Positions 1 through 10,672 of a stretch of 64,000 nt of DNA are shown here, one piece after another. Position 1 is the first letter of the stretch; every line of letters starts with the position of its first letter. Origin of the DNA: Fidelibacterota bacterium (lineage in GTDB: Bacteria > Fidelibacterota > Marinisomatia > Marinisomatales > Marinisomataceae); assembly GCA_028140795.1 (NCBI GenBank), contig JAOIOW010000004.1, positions 300 through 64,299 of the forward strand, in the 5' to 3' direction. The position numbers were made by a program, and so were the translations under genes. The notes under the pieces are model-generated. The model saw only the letters and a list, made by a program, of their open reading frames with translations, did no database searches and was not told the origin of the DNA.

Positions 1-657
1 ATGGGGGCAAATATCTCAGGAGTTGGATCTAACACCCTCACAATTAAGGGAGTAAGCTCTCTAAACTCTATTTCAAGTATCTCTGTTATTCCAGATAGAA
101 TTGAAGCAGGAACATTCTTAATTGCTGCTGCAGCTGTTGGTGGCGAAGTAGAAATTGCAAATATTATACCTGAGCACTTAGATAGTGTGATAAAATGTCT
201 AGAAAAAGCCAATATACAATTAGAAGTAAAAGATAGCTCAATAGTCGTTAGGTCCAATGCAAATAATATATTTTCCACAAATATTGAAACCAATGAATAT
301 CCAGGTTTTCCAACCGACTTACAAGCTCAATGGATGATTTTAATGTGCTTAGCAAAAGGAAATTCGACAATAAAAGAAAATATTTATTACGATAGATTTA
401 CGCACATAATGGAGTTAAACCGTCTAGGGTGTAATATTAAGCTTGAAGATTCGGTTGCAATAATTGAAGGAGATAGAAAGTTGATTGGAGCAGATGTAAT
501 GTCAACAGATATTCGAGCATCTGCAGCATTAATTATCGCTGCTTTATGTGCAAAAGGTACTACCAAAATAAGTAGAGTATATCATATCGATAGAGGCTAT
601 GATAAAATCGAAAAAAAATTAACCAATATTGGTGCTGTAATTTTTAGAAAAAAATAA
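1..657 (+). CDS. murA: UDP-N-acetylglucosamine 1-carboxyvinyltransferase (5'-truncated by window edge)
   Basis: Motifs PDRIEAGT, YPGFPTDLQAQ, TDIRASAAL, HIDRGY; only the C-terminal half is present. Confidence 0.97.
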   Translation: MGANISGVGSNTLTIKGVSSLNSISSISVIPDRIEAGTFLIAAAAVGGEVEIANIIPEHLDSVIKCLEKANIQLEVKDSSIVVRSNANNIFSTNIETNEYPGFPTDLQAQWMILMCLAKGNSTIKENIYYDRFTHIMELNRLGCNIKLEDSVAIIEGDRKLIGADVMSTDIRASAALIIAALCAKGTTKISRVYHIDRGYDKIEKKLTNIGAVIFRKK

Positions 658-707
658 CCGAATTTGTATTGTTTTTGAATTAATTCTTTATAGATTTACC
701 TCCAGAC

Positions 708-2057
708 ATGAAAATTGTTATTATAGGCGCTGGTGAAGTAGGGTTTCACGTTGCAAAATCACTAAGTGAGTTAGACTACGATATATCAGTAATCGATATT
801 GATCATGCCAAATGCTCAAGAGCAAATGAACATTTAGATGTAATCGTAAATCAAGGTAACGGCTCTGATGAAAAGCTCCTAAAAAATATTAATGTAGCCG
901 ATGCAGATTATGTATTTTGTTTAACAAATTCAGACGAAACAAATCTTATATCTTCATTGCAGTGTCATAATCTTGGAGCTAAGAAAATAATAGCTCGATT
1001 AAGAGATTTAGACTACTCTAGAAATGGAAACGCCATCCCTCCAGAAAAATTTGGGGTAGATATGGTAATTCATCCTGAGAAAGAGGTTGCAAAAGAAATA
1101 ATTAGACTAGTTAAGCATCCTTACGCAGATAAGTTTTATGAATTTGAGGGTGGAAAAGCTGTTCTATTTTCAAAAAAAATAAACCATAGATCAAAGCTTG
1201 CTGGTATGACCGTTGAAGAATTTCACAAATCTAATGAAGATTTTAAAAGTTTAATAGTTGCTGTAATTAGAGGAGAAAAAATGACAATTCCCTCAACAAC
1301 TTTTAAATTTGAACCTGAAGATTATGTCTTCTTTTTTGTTAAATCAAAGAATCTTAATTCACTTCTTGAAACACTTGGGGTAAGTAACTCTGACTCCAAA
1401 AGAGTTATGATAGCTGGCGCGAGCAAAATTGGAAGGCTAGTCTCTTCAATGCTTGAAGATGACATGTCAGTGAGACTGATTGAGAAATCAAAAGAAAAAG
1501 CAACACAAATTGCTAATGAGTTAGATAAAACAATAGTTTTGAATTCAGATGCTACAGATATTGAATTTTTAAGAGGAGAAAATATTTCAGAAGTTGATTC
1601 ATTTGTGGCTGTAACAGAGGATCAACAATTAAATTTATTAGCTGGAATATTAGCTAAACAATTAAAAGTAAAACACTCAATCATTCATGTAACGAACCCC
1701 GACTATGTTAGAAATATGTCTGACCTTGGAATTGGTTCAATTGTCAGTAAAAATAATGTTAGTGTTAACGCAGTAATTAAATCTATTAGAATTGACCAAA
1801 AAGAGCACGTTATTCAGCTTTTTAGTTCATTAGATATGGAAGCAATTGAACTTGTTGCAGAGAAAGATTCTAAAGCTTCAAGATTGCCAGTATCTAATCT
1901 AAATCTTCCTCATGGATGTATTTTGGCTTTAGTGAATCACAATGGCCATATTAAGATTCCATCTGGAGATTTTCAAATTACTGAAAATGATACTGTCCTC
2001 ATATTTTGTATTAATTCAAAGATAAGGGAAGTAAGTAAAATCTTTAAATCTGAATAA
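708..2057 (+). CDS. trkA: Trk potassium uptake NAD-binding subunit
   Basis: Two RCK modules (IIGAGEVG; MIAGASKIG), 449 aa, adjacent to trkH. Confidence 0.95.
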   Translation: MKIVIIGAGEVGFHVAKSLSELDYDISVIDIDHAKCSRANEHLDVIVNQGNGSDEKLLKNINVADADYVFCLTNSDETNLISSLQCHNLGAKKIIARLRDLDYSRNGNAIPPEKFGVDMVIHPEKEVAKEIIRLVKHPYADKFYEFEGGKAVLFSKKINHRSKLAGMTVEEFHKSNEDFKSLIVAVIRGEKMTIPSTTFKFEPEDYVFFFVKSKNLNSLLETLGVSNSDSKRVMIAGASKIGRLVSSMLEDDMSVRLIEKSKEKATQIANELDKTIVLNSDATDIEFLRGENISEVDSFVAVTEDQQLNLLAGILAKQLKVKHSIIHVTNPDYVRNMSDLGIGSIVSKNNVSVNAVIKSIRIDQKEHVIQLFSSLDMEAIELVAEKDSKASRLPVSNLNLPHGCILALVNHNGHIKIPSGDFQITENDTVLIFCINSKIREVSKIFKSE

Positions 2058-3481
2058 TGAGTCTTAGGCCAACATTTAGACTTTTATCTATTTTAATTGC
2101 AGTTTTATCTGTATTTCTCTTAATTCCTGCAACAATAGAATACTATGACTCTTCAAGCTTATATCTTTTTCAAATATCTGCAATTTCAATTTTTTGTGCT
2201 GTGCCAGTATGGTATTTATCAAGAAAAGCTAAGTCTTTTTCGAACAAAGATGTTTTTTTAGTTATTGTTTTATGTTGGATTTCAGCTGCAATTTTTGGTT
2301 CAATTCCATTTTATTTATCTGGAGCATTTAATGGATATTCAAATGCATTATTTGAGGCTGTTTCAGGCGTTACTACTACCGGCGCTACTATCTTAACTGA
2401 TATTGAAAGTATGCCAAGAAGTATACTGCTATGGCGTTCATTTTTGCAATGGTTTGGTGGTTTAGGAATTGTTATTTTTACAATAGCATTATTACCATTG
2501 CTTGGAGTTTCTGGAGAAAAAATCTTTAATTTAGAATACCCAGGACCTTCCTCTGAAAAAATAACTCCCAGAATTAAAGATACTGCTAGATTGTTACTAA
2601 AATTTTATATTGGATTTACATTAGCTCTATTTCTTTTATTATCATACAATATGTCTTTTTTTGATGCAATATGTCATGCAATGACAACAATGCCATCTGG
2701 AGGTTTTTCAACATTTAGTGATAGTATAAATGGCCAAAGTGATTATGTAAAATCAGTGATTTTACTTTTTATGTTGATCACAGGAACTAATTTTGCACTT
2801 CATTTTAGAGCAGTAAATCTAGGTCTTAAATCTTATCAGCGAGATAGAGAGTTTCAGTATTATATTTTTGCTTGTTTATTTTTCATAGGTTTAATTTTTT
2901 CTTTTGGATTCTTTACTAATGGGAATACTTCTCCTTTGGATGTTGCTTTTCAAACTGTTTCAATAATAACAACAACTGGTTATACTTCAACGGATTATAG
3001 TAGTTGGACACCTTTTATTTCACAGTATTTGCTTTACATTTTGATGTTTACTGGAGCAATGGGCGGTTCAACCAGCGGTGGAATTAAAATCATTAGAATT
3101 GTAGCTCTTTATAAATATGTTCGTGTTGAATTAAAAAGAGCTCTTCACGAAAAAGCTATCATTCCTGTTAGAATTGGTAAGAAGGTCTTGTCAGACGAGC
3201 TTATAAGAAAAACGTTAGCGTTTTTCTTATTTTATGTGCTGTTCTTCTTTTTAGCTTCTATCATTTTTGTAATGCTAGGAGATAATTTAGAGTCTTCCAT
3301 CGGAGCAGCTGCTTCAGCTATGGGTAATATTGGTCCGTCAATCGGAGAATATGGAGCTATGGATAATTATGACAGCATGCATATAGTTGGTAAATATCTT
3401 ATGATGTTTGGAATGATTTTAGGAAGATTAGAAATCTTTGCAGTTTTAGTTCTTTTTACTAGAACATTTTGGAGATCATAA
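2057..3481 (+). CDS. trkH: Trk potassium uptake membrane subunit
   Basis: Pore-loop motifs SGVTTTGAT, SGGF, TTTGY, GSTSGGIK, GNIGP, GRLE. Confidence 0.96.
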   Translation: MSLRPTFRLLSILIAVLSVFLLIPATIEYYDSSSLYLFQISAISIFCAVPVWYLSRKAKSFSNKDVFLVIVLCWISAAIFGSIPFYLSGAFNGYSNALFEAVSGVTTTGATILTDIESMPRSILLWRSFLQWFGGLGIVIFTIALLPLLGVSGEKIFNLEYPGPSSEKITPRIKDTARLLLKFYIGFTLALFLLLSYNMSFFDAICHAMTTMPSGGFSTFSDSINGQSDYVKSVILLFMLITGTNFALHFRAVNLGLKSYQRDREFQYYIFACLFFIGLIFSFGFFTNGNTSPLDVAFQTVSIITTTGYTSTDYSSWTPFISQYLLYILMFTGAMGGSTSGGIKIIRIVALYKYVRVELKRALHEKAIIPVRIGKKVLSDELIRKTLAFFLFYVLFFFLASIIFVMLGDNLESSIGAAASAMGNIGPSIGEYGAMDNYDSMHIVGKYLMMFGMILGRLEIFAVLVLFTRTFWRS

Positions 3482-3482
3482 A

Positions 3483-5261
3483 ATTAGTATACAGTCCAAA
3501 ATTTTAGGCCTTCCTAAACAACCCGGTATTTATCAATTCAAAGATAAAAATGGCAAAATTATTTATATTGGAAAGGCGAAAAACCTAAAAAATAGGGTAA
3601 AGTCCTATTTTCAAAAAAAATCTTACAGAACGCCAAAAGAACAATCTTTATTGAAAAGAATAGAGGATTTCGAGTGGATTGTTTGTCAAGATGAAGCTGA
3701 TGCTTTTATTACTGAAGCCACTTTAATAAAAAAGTTTAAACCTAAATATAATGTTCAATTAAAAGATGATAAGTCATTTCCATATTTAAAAATAACCAAT
3801 GAACAATTTCCCAAGGTATTTATTACAAGAAAAATATTTAATGATAAATCAAAATACTTTGGACCCTATACGGATGTCAAGTCTATGCGAAGGTTGGTAG
3901 ATGTTTTATACAAGGCATTCCCAATTAGAAATTGTTATATAGAGCTTAATGAGATAGATGAAGAAACAAAGCAGCCTATAGTATTAAAAAATGGACTAGG
4001 TATAAGGACAATAACAGAAAATGAGTATCAAGAAATGGTTACTGATATGATTTCTTTCCTGAAAGGTGAAACTAAGACTGTCGAAAACAAACTTTCTATG
4101 CAAATGGATTATTTTACTTCAAAAATGATGTACGAAGATTCTGCAAGGGTACGGGATCAATTAAAGGCAATTAATTCATTTAAAGTTGGTCAAAGAAAAT
4201 TAGAGGCAGATTTCTCAAATAGGGATGTAATTGGTTATCAAAATAAGGATAAACATTTTGTGGTAGTTATCTTAAGAATAAGAGAGGGAAGAATACTCAG
4301 TAGAGAAAAGATTTCTTTAGACTCTGATGAATCATTAGATAATATTTTAAGATCTGTTGTAATCAATTTTTACATGAATGCAGCTTATATTCCTAATAAG
4401 ATTTATTTTCCTGAACTACCTGATGAGTCCAACGAACTTGAATCTTGGTTATCAGAAAAAGCAGAAAGAAAAGTAGTATTTCATGTCCCCAAACGGGCAG
4501 TGAAGCTTCAGGAATTAAAACTTGCTAATCGAAATGCAAAATTATTACTAAATGAATGGTTGTTAAATATTGAAAAGCGCAAAGATTACATTCCAAAATT
4601 ATTAAATGAATTAAAAGATATCTTAAATCTTAAAAAACCACCTAGACTGATTGAAGCATTCGACATATCTCATTTAGGAGGCACGGATACAGTAGCTTCT
4701 ATGGTAGTATTTAAAGACGGCAGACCGTTTAAAAGTGCCTATAGAAAATATAACATTAATGTTGATAAAGTAGATGATTTTGAATCAATGAGAGAGGTGG
4801 TATTTAGACGATACAAACGCCAATTAAATGAAAAAAATAAGTTACCTGATCTTGTACTGATTGATGGTGGAAAAGGACAGTTATCTGCTGCTTTGGAATC
4901 ACTTAAAGAATTAAAACTTGATTTACCAATAGTAGCACTTGCAAAACGCTTAGAAGAGTTATTTTTACCAGAACAAAAAGATTCTCTACGAATTGCTAAA
5001 AATTCACCTGCCTTAAATATTTTAAAACAGTTAAGAGATGAAGCACATAGGTTTGCAATTACATTTCAGAGACAAAAAAGAACTAAAGGTATTGCGAAAT
5101 CAAAATTTGAAGATATTCCTGGAGTTGGAAAGAAAACAGTTGAAAAAATATATAAGAGATTTCAAAATATCAGTGACATGAAAGATCTATCAGATAAAGC
5201 ATTATCTTACAAGCTTGGTGTAAGTCGAAAGGTTGCAATAGAAATAAAAAAAATAATTTAA
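3483..5261 (+). CDS. uvrC: Excinuclease ABC subunit C (start extended upstream of ORF-track 3651 to probable ATT codon)
   Basis: Frame continues upstream of 3651 as [43 protein letters not shown] (GIY-YIG domain); downstream [19 protein letters not shown] and HhH motifs; exact start codon uncertain. Confidence 0.93.
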   Translation: MSIQSKILGLPKQPGIYQFKDKNGKIIYIGKAKNLKNRVKSYFQKKSYRTPKEQSLLKRIEDFEWIVCQDEADAFITEATLIKKFKPKYNVQLKDDKSFPYLKITNEQFPKVFITRKIFNDKSKYFGPYTDVKSMRRLVDVLYKAFPIRNCYIELNEIDEETKQPIVLKNGLGIRTITENEYQEMVTDMISFLKGETKTVENKLSMQMDYFTSKMMYEDSARVRDQLKAINSFKVGQRKLEADFSNRDVIGYQNKDKHFVVVILRIREGRILSREKISLDSDESLDNILRSVVINFYMNAAYIPNKIYFPELPDESNELESWLSEKAERKVVFHVPKRAVKLQELKLANRNAKLLLNEWLLNIEKRKDYIPKLLNELKDILNLKKPPRLIEAFDISHLGGTDTVASMVVFKDGRPFKSAYRKYNINVDKVDDFESMREVVFRRYKRQLNEKNKLPDLVLIDGGKGQLSAALESLKELKLDLPIVALAKRLEELFLPEQKDSLRIAKNSPALNILKQLRDEAHRFAITFQRQKRTKGIAKSKFEDIPGVGKKTVEKIYKRFQNISDMKDLSDKALSYKLGVSRKVAIEIKKII

Positions 5262-6214
5262 ACAAGGTCATTTTCTTTCATCCAATCGTCTGAAAGAAAC
5301 TTTCTCATATAATTTCTAATACTATCAGGTAGTATTACTAAGCAATTTTGCCCTTTTTTGAGCGATTTTGCTGCTTTTAAGGCTGCAAACATAGCTGAGC
5401 CACATGAACCTCCAATTAATAGTCCTTCTTCGCGAATAAGAGCTCTTGCAGTATTGAATGCTTCTTTATCGTTCACCTTGACAAAATCATCCACATAATC
5501 TTTTACAAATGTTTTTGGAATGAAATCATATCCGATCCCTTCAACTTTATATGCCTGCCCTTTATATTCGTCTTCACCACCAAGAATGGAGCCATAAGGA
5601 TCTGCTCCAATAATTTTAATATTTGGAATTTCTTCTTTGAGTCTTTTACCAATACCAGTAGCAGTACCACCTGTACCAACACCCATAACTACCATATCTA
5701 AATTTGTACCAAAATCATCAATGATTTCCTGTGCGGTTTCATGATAATGCGCATCTGGATTACAATCATTATTCCATTGATCTAAGATATGACTGTTAGG
5801 AATTTCCTTATTTAAGCGCGCAGCAACTCCAAAATTACTTTTAGGGTCATCATGAGATGCTTCAGTAGGCGTACGTACTATTTTAGCACCTAATCCATTG
5901 ATTGTTAATTCTTTTTCCATACTCATTTTTTCTGGCATACAAATAATTAGCTTGTATCCTCTTACAGCTGCAGCTAATGCTAGTCCAATTCCTGTATTTC
6001 CTGAAGTAGCTTCAATTAATGTATCTCCTGGTTTAATACGACCTTCTTTTTCTGCTCTATCAATCATTCTAAATGCAGTTCTATCTTTTACAGATCCTCC
6101 AGGATTAAACATTTCAATTTTTGCGTAAAGATTACATTCAAGTTCTTTTCCAATAGAATTCAGTTTGATAACAGGAGTAGATCCTATTGTTTCGAGAATG
6201 TCATTATAAATCAT
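5258..6214 (-). CDS. PLP-dependent cystathionine beta-synthase / cysteine synthase family protein (no C-terminal CBS domains)
   Basis: [12 protein letters not shown]-lysine, [21 protein letters not shown]; C-terminal [16 protein letters not shown] is typical of CBS. Confidence 0.9.
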   Translation of the reverse strand: MIYNDILETIGSTPVIKLNSIGKELECNLYAKIEMFNPGGSVKDRTAFRMIDRAEKEGRIKPGDTLIEATSGNTGIGLALAAAVRGYKLIICMPEKMSMEKELTINGLGAKIVRTPTEASHDDPKSNFGVAARLNKEIPNSHILDQWNNDCNPDAHYHETAQEIIDDFGTNLDMVVMGVGTGGTATGIGKRLKEEIPNIKIIGADPYGSILGGEDEYKGQAYKVEGIGYDFIPKTFVKDYVDDFVKVNDKEAFNTARALIREEGLLIGGSCGSAMFAALKAAKSLKKGQNCLVILPDSIRNYMRKFLSDDWMKENDLV

Positions 6215-6225
6215 GCATAGATATT

Positions 6226-6259
6226 AAAAAAAAAGGGGCGAAAAGCCCCTCTTTTTTTT
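6226..6259. terminator. Intrinsic terminator after hsp20
   Basis: A9-GGGGC-GAAAA-GCCCCT-C-T8 hairpin with T-tracts on both strands. Confidence 0.8.
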
Positions 6260-6272
6260 CAATCGAATAGAA

Positions 6273-6683
6273 TTATTTTACAGAAATTTTTCTACCGAGT
6301 GATGATTTTGCTTTTGGAAGTAGAACTTTTAATACTCCATTATCAATTTTTGCAGATATTTTATCTGTTTCAACATTGCTTGGAACACTAAAGGTTCTTT
6401 CCATTTTGCCATATTCATACGAATCATATTTATCAGACTTTCTTTGTCCTGAAATTTTTAAACGATTGCTATCGAATGTTACTTCAATATCGTCTTTGGA
6501 CATTCCAGGAACATCCATAGTCAAATAATATTCTTTTTCATTTTCATTATAATAATTTGAAACATTATTCGTATTCATCAATGAAAAACGTGGATCATAT
6601 GATAAGTCATTGAAAAATTGATCAATAATATTATCAAATGTATCTATTTCATTGTTTAATGGTTTCCATTTTATTAAACTCAT
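6273..6683 (-). CDS. Hsp20/alpha-crystallin small heat-shock protein
   Basis: DVPGMSKDDIEV, YGKMERTFSVP, ISAKIDNGVLKVLLPK. Confidence 0.95.
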   Translation of the reverse strand: MSLIKWKPLNNEIDTFDNIIDQFFNDLSYDPRFSLMNTNNVSNYYNENEKEYYLTMDVPGMSKDDIEVTFDSNRLKISGQRKSDKYDSYEYGKMERTFSVPSNVETDKISAKIDNGVLKVLLPKAKSSLGRKISVK

Positions 6684-6723
6684 TTTATTCTCCGTTCAAT
6701 AGTTAATATTTACAGTATTATAG

Positions 6724-6741
6724 TTGCAAACGGAGTGCCAA
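6724..6741 (-). promoter_or_regulatory. Sigma-54 (-24/-12) promoter for hsp20
   Basis: Minus strand TTGGCAC-TCCGT-TTGCAA matches TGGCAC-N5-TTGC exactly, 40 nt upstream of the hsp20 ATG. Confidence 0.8.
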
Positions 6742-6833
6742 TTAGAAAGGATATGCAAGTTTGGCATAAATAAATTTTAAGCATTGCCATTTTTTCAAAT
6801 TGTAGTAAAATTGTATGAATTTTTGACATAAAA

Positions 6834-8270
6834 ATGAATTTTAAGAAAATATTATCACAAGCAAATAGTAAAGCAGAATGGGTCGGCCTTCGTTATGTTG
6901 AAGAAAAACAAAATATTCTTTCTACTAAAAAGTTTTCTTTAGACAATGTACAGCGCAATGCTACTAGAGGAGTGATGATTGATGTAATGGTAAATGGACA
7001 ATTTTCTTATTACGCCACTCCATTTCTTAATGAAAAACATATTCTTGAATGTATAGATATTGCTGTCAATAATGCCCAGCTAGCATCAAAATTTTCCGTG
7101 TTTAAATTTGATCATGACGAAGTTAGAAAAGGTTATGAAGGTACGTACAAAACAAACCTGAAATCTCCGTTAAGCAATTTATCAGTTAACGATATAAAAG
7201 ATTTAGCATTTCTTGGATCAAAAAACATGATGAATTTTGATAAAAGAATTGTTCATGCAGCTACCACTGTAGAGCTAATTGAGCGTAACACTAGAATTGT
7301 AAGCACAAATGGTGCTGACATAGACCAAAAAATGGATATTGTTTTGGTGGAATTATCCTCAACAGCTCAGGACAAAAATGATTCACAAACTCGTAGTAAT
7401 CATGGAATGAGAGGACATTGTTTTCAAGCTGGCGCTGAGTTTATAGAAGATTATGATATTCAAGCAGAAGCAAAGCAAATTTCTCATCAAGCTATTGAGT
7501 TATTAGAGGCAGATCAATGTCCAACAGAAGTTTGTGATCTGGTATTAGCTCCTGATCAAATGATGCTACAAATCCATGAAAGCGTAGGGCATCCATTAGA
7601 GCTTGATAGAATTTTAGGAGATGAAAGAAATTTTGCTGGTTCAAGTTTTGTTAACCTTGAAGACTTTGGAACATTGCAATATGGTTCTGAATTGATGAAT
7701 ATTGTATTTGATCCTACCGTTGATAACCAGCTGGCATCATACAATTATGATGATGGAGGAATGCCTGCTGCAAAAGAACATTTAATTAAAGATGGTATTC
7801 TTGTTAGAGGGTTAGGTGGTATTGAGAGTCAAATACGTTCTGGAATTGACGGTGTATCAAATCTAAGAGCATCATCTTGGAACAGGATTCCAATTGATCG
7901 AATGGCAAATATTAACCTCGAGCCTGGAGTTTCAACCAAGGAAGAAATTATCGGAAGTATTGAGCGAGGGGTGTACATGGAAAGCAATCGTTCATGGTCC
8001 ATCGATGACTACAGAAATAAATTTCAATTCGGATGTGAATATGCAAAATTGATTGAAAATGGGGAATTGACCAAAGTTGTAAAAAATCCAAATTACAGAG
8101 GAATCACTAATCCATTTTGGAGAAGTCTTTCTATGACAGGAAATGAGGATACCTATGAAGTGTTTGGTACTCCAAATTGTGGAAAAGGTGAGCCTAATCA
8201 GGTCGAGAGAGTTGGACATGCTTCTCCGTTATGTAAATTTGATAAAGTTCAAGTATTTGGAGGAACATAA
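6834..8270 (+). CDS. tldD: TldD family metalloprotease
   Basis: HESVGHPLELDR (HExxxH), DRMAN, C-terminal CGKG. Confidence 0.92.
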   Translation: MNFKKILSQANSKAEWVGLRYVEEKQNILSTKKFSLDNVQRNATRGVMIDVMVNGQFSYYATPFLNEKHILECIDIAVNNAQLASKFSVFKFDHDEVRKGYEGTYKTNLKSPLSNLSVNDIKDLAFLGSKNMMNFDKRIVHAATTVELIERNTRIVSTNGADIDQKMDIVLVELSSTAQDKNDSQTRSNHGMRGHCFQAGAEFIEDYDIQAEAKQISHQAIELLEADQCPTEVCDLVLAPDQMMLQIHESVGHPLELDRILGDERNFAGSSFVNLEDFGTLQYGSELMNIVFDPTVDNQLASYNYDDGGMPAAKEHLIKDGILVRGLGGIESQIRSGIDGVSNLRASSWNRIPIDRMANINLEPGVSTKEEIIGSIERGVYMESNRSWSIDDYRNKFQFGCEYAKLIENGELTKVVKNPNYRGITNPFWRSLSMTGNEDTYEVFGTPNCGKGEPNQVERVGHASPLCKFDKVQVFGGT

Positions 8271-9610
8271 TGAAAAAAGAAATTTTTCAAGAAATTTGCT
8301 CACAAGTATTTAGTTCTTTAGAAAATAATGAACAATTAACTATTTATTTAGAAGGTGAGAACTCACAGTATTTTCGTTTTAATGATTCAAAGTTGCGTCA
8401 AAGTGGAATTATCGAAGATTATGCAGTGACTATTTCACTTTTTTCAGGTAAAAAATCACTTCAAGCTGCAACTACTGTATCTTTAGATATTGAAAGTTCT
8501 GTAAATAATTTAAGAAATGAAATTCATGCACTTAGAGATCCTTTATCTCTTATACCAGAAAATGAGTTTACAAGTTTTCCTGATAGCTTTGAATCCGTAG
8601 AAATGATCAAGTCTGGACAATTACCAGACAGAAATGAAATATTGGAAGCTTTAATGGATGTTATTACTAAAGATTATTTGACTGGAGTTTGGACTTCTGG
8701 CAAGATTTTTAGAGCATGTTCTACTTCAGAGGGTACAAATCATTGGTTTGAAAAAGATTCATTTATTTTTGACTTTTCTTTAATAGATGAAAAAGAAAAT
8801 ATGGTAAAAGTTCTTTTTCCAGGAAGTTCTTGGGATAAAAATAAGTTTGATGCAGCATTCGAGGAAGCATCTAGTAAGCTGAAGCTCATGAATAAGCCAA
8901 AAATGGAGCTGAAGCCAGGAAAATACAGAGTATGGTTTGAACCAAATGCTGTAGCAGATTTTGTTGATATGTTTAATTGGAATGGAGTAAGTGAATCTTC
9001 GTTTAGAAACGGATCAAGTTGTTTATTAAAAATGAGAAATTCTGAGCAAAAATTATCACCTTTATTTTCCTTAAATGAATCTTTCTCTTCAAGAGCAACA
9101 GCTCCTTTTAACTCCAGAGGAGAGGTTTCAAAGGATGTAAATATTATTAATAAAGGTGAACTTAATAATACTTTAATTAACTCTAAAACTGCTTTAGAGT
9201 ACGGAATATCATCTAACTTTGCAGAAGAAGCTAATTCATGGGGCATGGGAGAATACATGAGATCACCTTTTATGGAGCCAGGAGACATTGATAAAGATGG
9301 TCGTTTGCAAAAATTAGGAACAGGTATTTTTATATCAAATATCCATTATCTTAATTGGAGTGATTCTCTCGGAGGGAGAATTACTGGTTTGACTAGATAT
9401 GCGTGTTATTGGGTTGAAGATGGTAAAATGGTTGCCCCAATTAAAACAATGAGATTTGATGATTCGTTTTATAATTTTTTTGGAAGTAATTTAGAAGGCG
9501 TTGGAAAAGAGATTTTAGCACGACCAGTAATAGAAACTTATGACGGAAGAAATCCTGGAGAAACCACTTGTCCAGGTATACTGGTTAATGATTTTGAATT
9601 AACTCTCTAA
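8270..9610 (+). CDS. TldE/PmbA family protein (TldD partner)
   Basis: Coupled to tldD; lacks HExxxH; C-terminal TGLTR...W VEDGK...PI..MRFDDS signature. Confidence 0.85.
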   Translation: MKKEIFQEICSQVFSSLENNEQLTIYLEGENSQYFRFNDSKLRQSGIIEDYAVTISLFSGKKSLQAATTVSLDIESSVNNLRNEIHALRDPLSLIPENEFTSFPDSFESVEMIKSGQLPDRNEILEALMDVITKDYLTGVWTSGKIFRACSTSEGTNHWFEKDSFIFDFSLIDEKENMVKVLFPGSSWDKNKFDAAFEEASSKLKLMNKPKMELKPGKYRVWFEPNAVADFVDMFNWNGVSESSFRNGSSCLLKMRNSEQKLSPLFSLNESFSSRATAPFNSRGEVSKDVNIINKGELNNTLINSKTALEYGISSNFAEEANSWGMGEYMRSPFMEPGDIDKDGRLQKLGTGIFISNIHYLNWSDSLGGRITGLTRYACYWVEDGKMVAPIKTMRFDDSFYNFFGSNLEGVGKEILARPVIETYDGRNPGETTCPGILVNDFELTL

Positions 9611-9640
9611 ATCTCTATATTTCGACGCTATTTTAAAATT

Positions 9641-9714
9641 GGCGTCGTACCCAAGTGGTTTAAGGGACCGGTTTGCAAAACCGTTATTCGTCGGTTCGAA
9701 TCCGACCGACGCCT
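9641..9714 (+). tRNA. tRNA-Cys(GCA)
   Basis: Acceptor GGCGTCG/CGACGCC, anticodon loop TTGCAAA, T-loop GGTTCGAATCC; CCA not encoded. Confidence 0.95.
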
Positions 9715-9723
9715 CAATGTGTT

Positions 9724-9809
9724 GCCCGGGTGGTGAAATTGGTAGACACAAGGGACTTAAAATCCCTCGGAGATAATACTCCGTGCCGGTTCGAGTCCGG
9801 CCCCGGGCA
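9724..9809 (+). tRNA. tRNA-Leu(TAA)
   Basis: Acceptor GCCCGGG/CCCGGGC, anticodon arm AGGGA-CTTAAAA-TCCCT, long variable arm. Confidence 0.96.
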
Positions 9810-9817
9810 CAAATCTT

Positions 9818-10570
9818 ATGAATCACTTTATTTTTTTTCATGGAGTAGGCATTCGCTCTCATTTCTGGCACATAATAGTACCAAAGCTTGAAGAAAAATC
9901 TATAGAGTATTCACTCGTAGATTTAGACTTTTCTTCATTAGATAATGCATTTGAATCTTCAATACGGTCAGTTAAAGAAATTATGAAAAAGTATCCTGAT
10001 AGAAACTTTGTACTCGTCGGACATAGTTTAGGAGGATTATTTGCAATTTATGTAGCTCAACAGCTTGGAGATGTAATTCATAAGTTAATTTTTGTTAATA
10101 CAGGTCTTGCACCAAAGAGAGTGGCTATGAAAGCGATGCAGCAGATGCAAATCAATCGTATATCAAAATTTATTAAAAAGATTGGAATGAGAATGCTTTT
10201 TAGTGGAAAGTTGCCTAAATGGTTGACCAGATCGCTTTATTTTACTGATAAAACACCTGAACATATAAAAATGGAATTGTCAAAACATAAAGTGCGTGAA
10301 AGTCGTGCATTTCTAATGGAGCATTTCAATTCAAAAAGTATATGGAATTCACATTTAGAGCGTATACATTTTAGCGGTCCTGATAATGTTCTTTCAGTAT
10401 TTGGAAGCAAGGATAAAACTACCCCCAAGAGAGCATTTATGTATCTTGTTAAAAAACTTAATGCATCGTTTAGCATTTATCAGGGAAGTGGACATAATGA
10501 TATTATTACTGCGCCTAAATACAATGATAAATTCGTTGAAGAGATAATTTTATTTGCTGATAATGTTTAA
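9818..10570 (+). CDS. Alpha/beta hydrolase
   Basis: FHG oxyanion motif, GHSLGG nucleophile elbow, GSKD, GSGH. Confidence 0.85.
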   Translation: MNHFIFFHGVGIRSHFWHIIVPKLEEKSIEYSLVDLDFSSLDNAFESSIRSVKEIMKKYPDRNFVLVGHSLGGLFAIYVAQQLGDVIHKLIFVNTGLAPKRVAMKAMQQMQINRISKFIKKIGMRMLFSGKLPKWLTRSLYFTDKTPEHIKMELSKHKVRESRAFLMEHFNSKSIWNSHLERIHFSGPDNVLSVFGSKDKTTPKRAFMYLVKKLNASFSIYQGSGHNDIITAPKYNDKFVEEIILFADNV

Positions 10571-10672
10571 TTTAGCTAAATATGTTAAAGTGCTACTTTA
10601 AATATAAATTTAAACACTATTATAATCATATAATCCTTGGATTGATATGTGCAATTTACTAATATTGTTATA

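Noticed and set aside
9599-9891. ORF-track ORFs 9599..9871(-) and 9673..9891(+)
   Set aside because: They overlap tRNA-Cys and tRNA-Leu; artefacts of GC-rich tRNA sequence.
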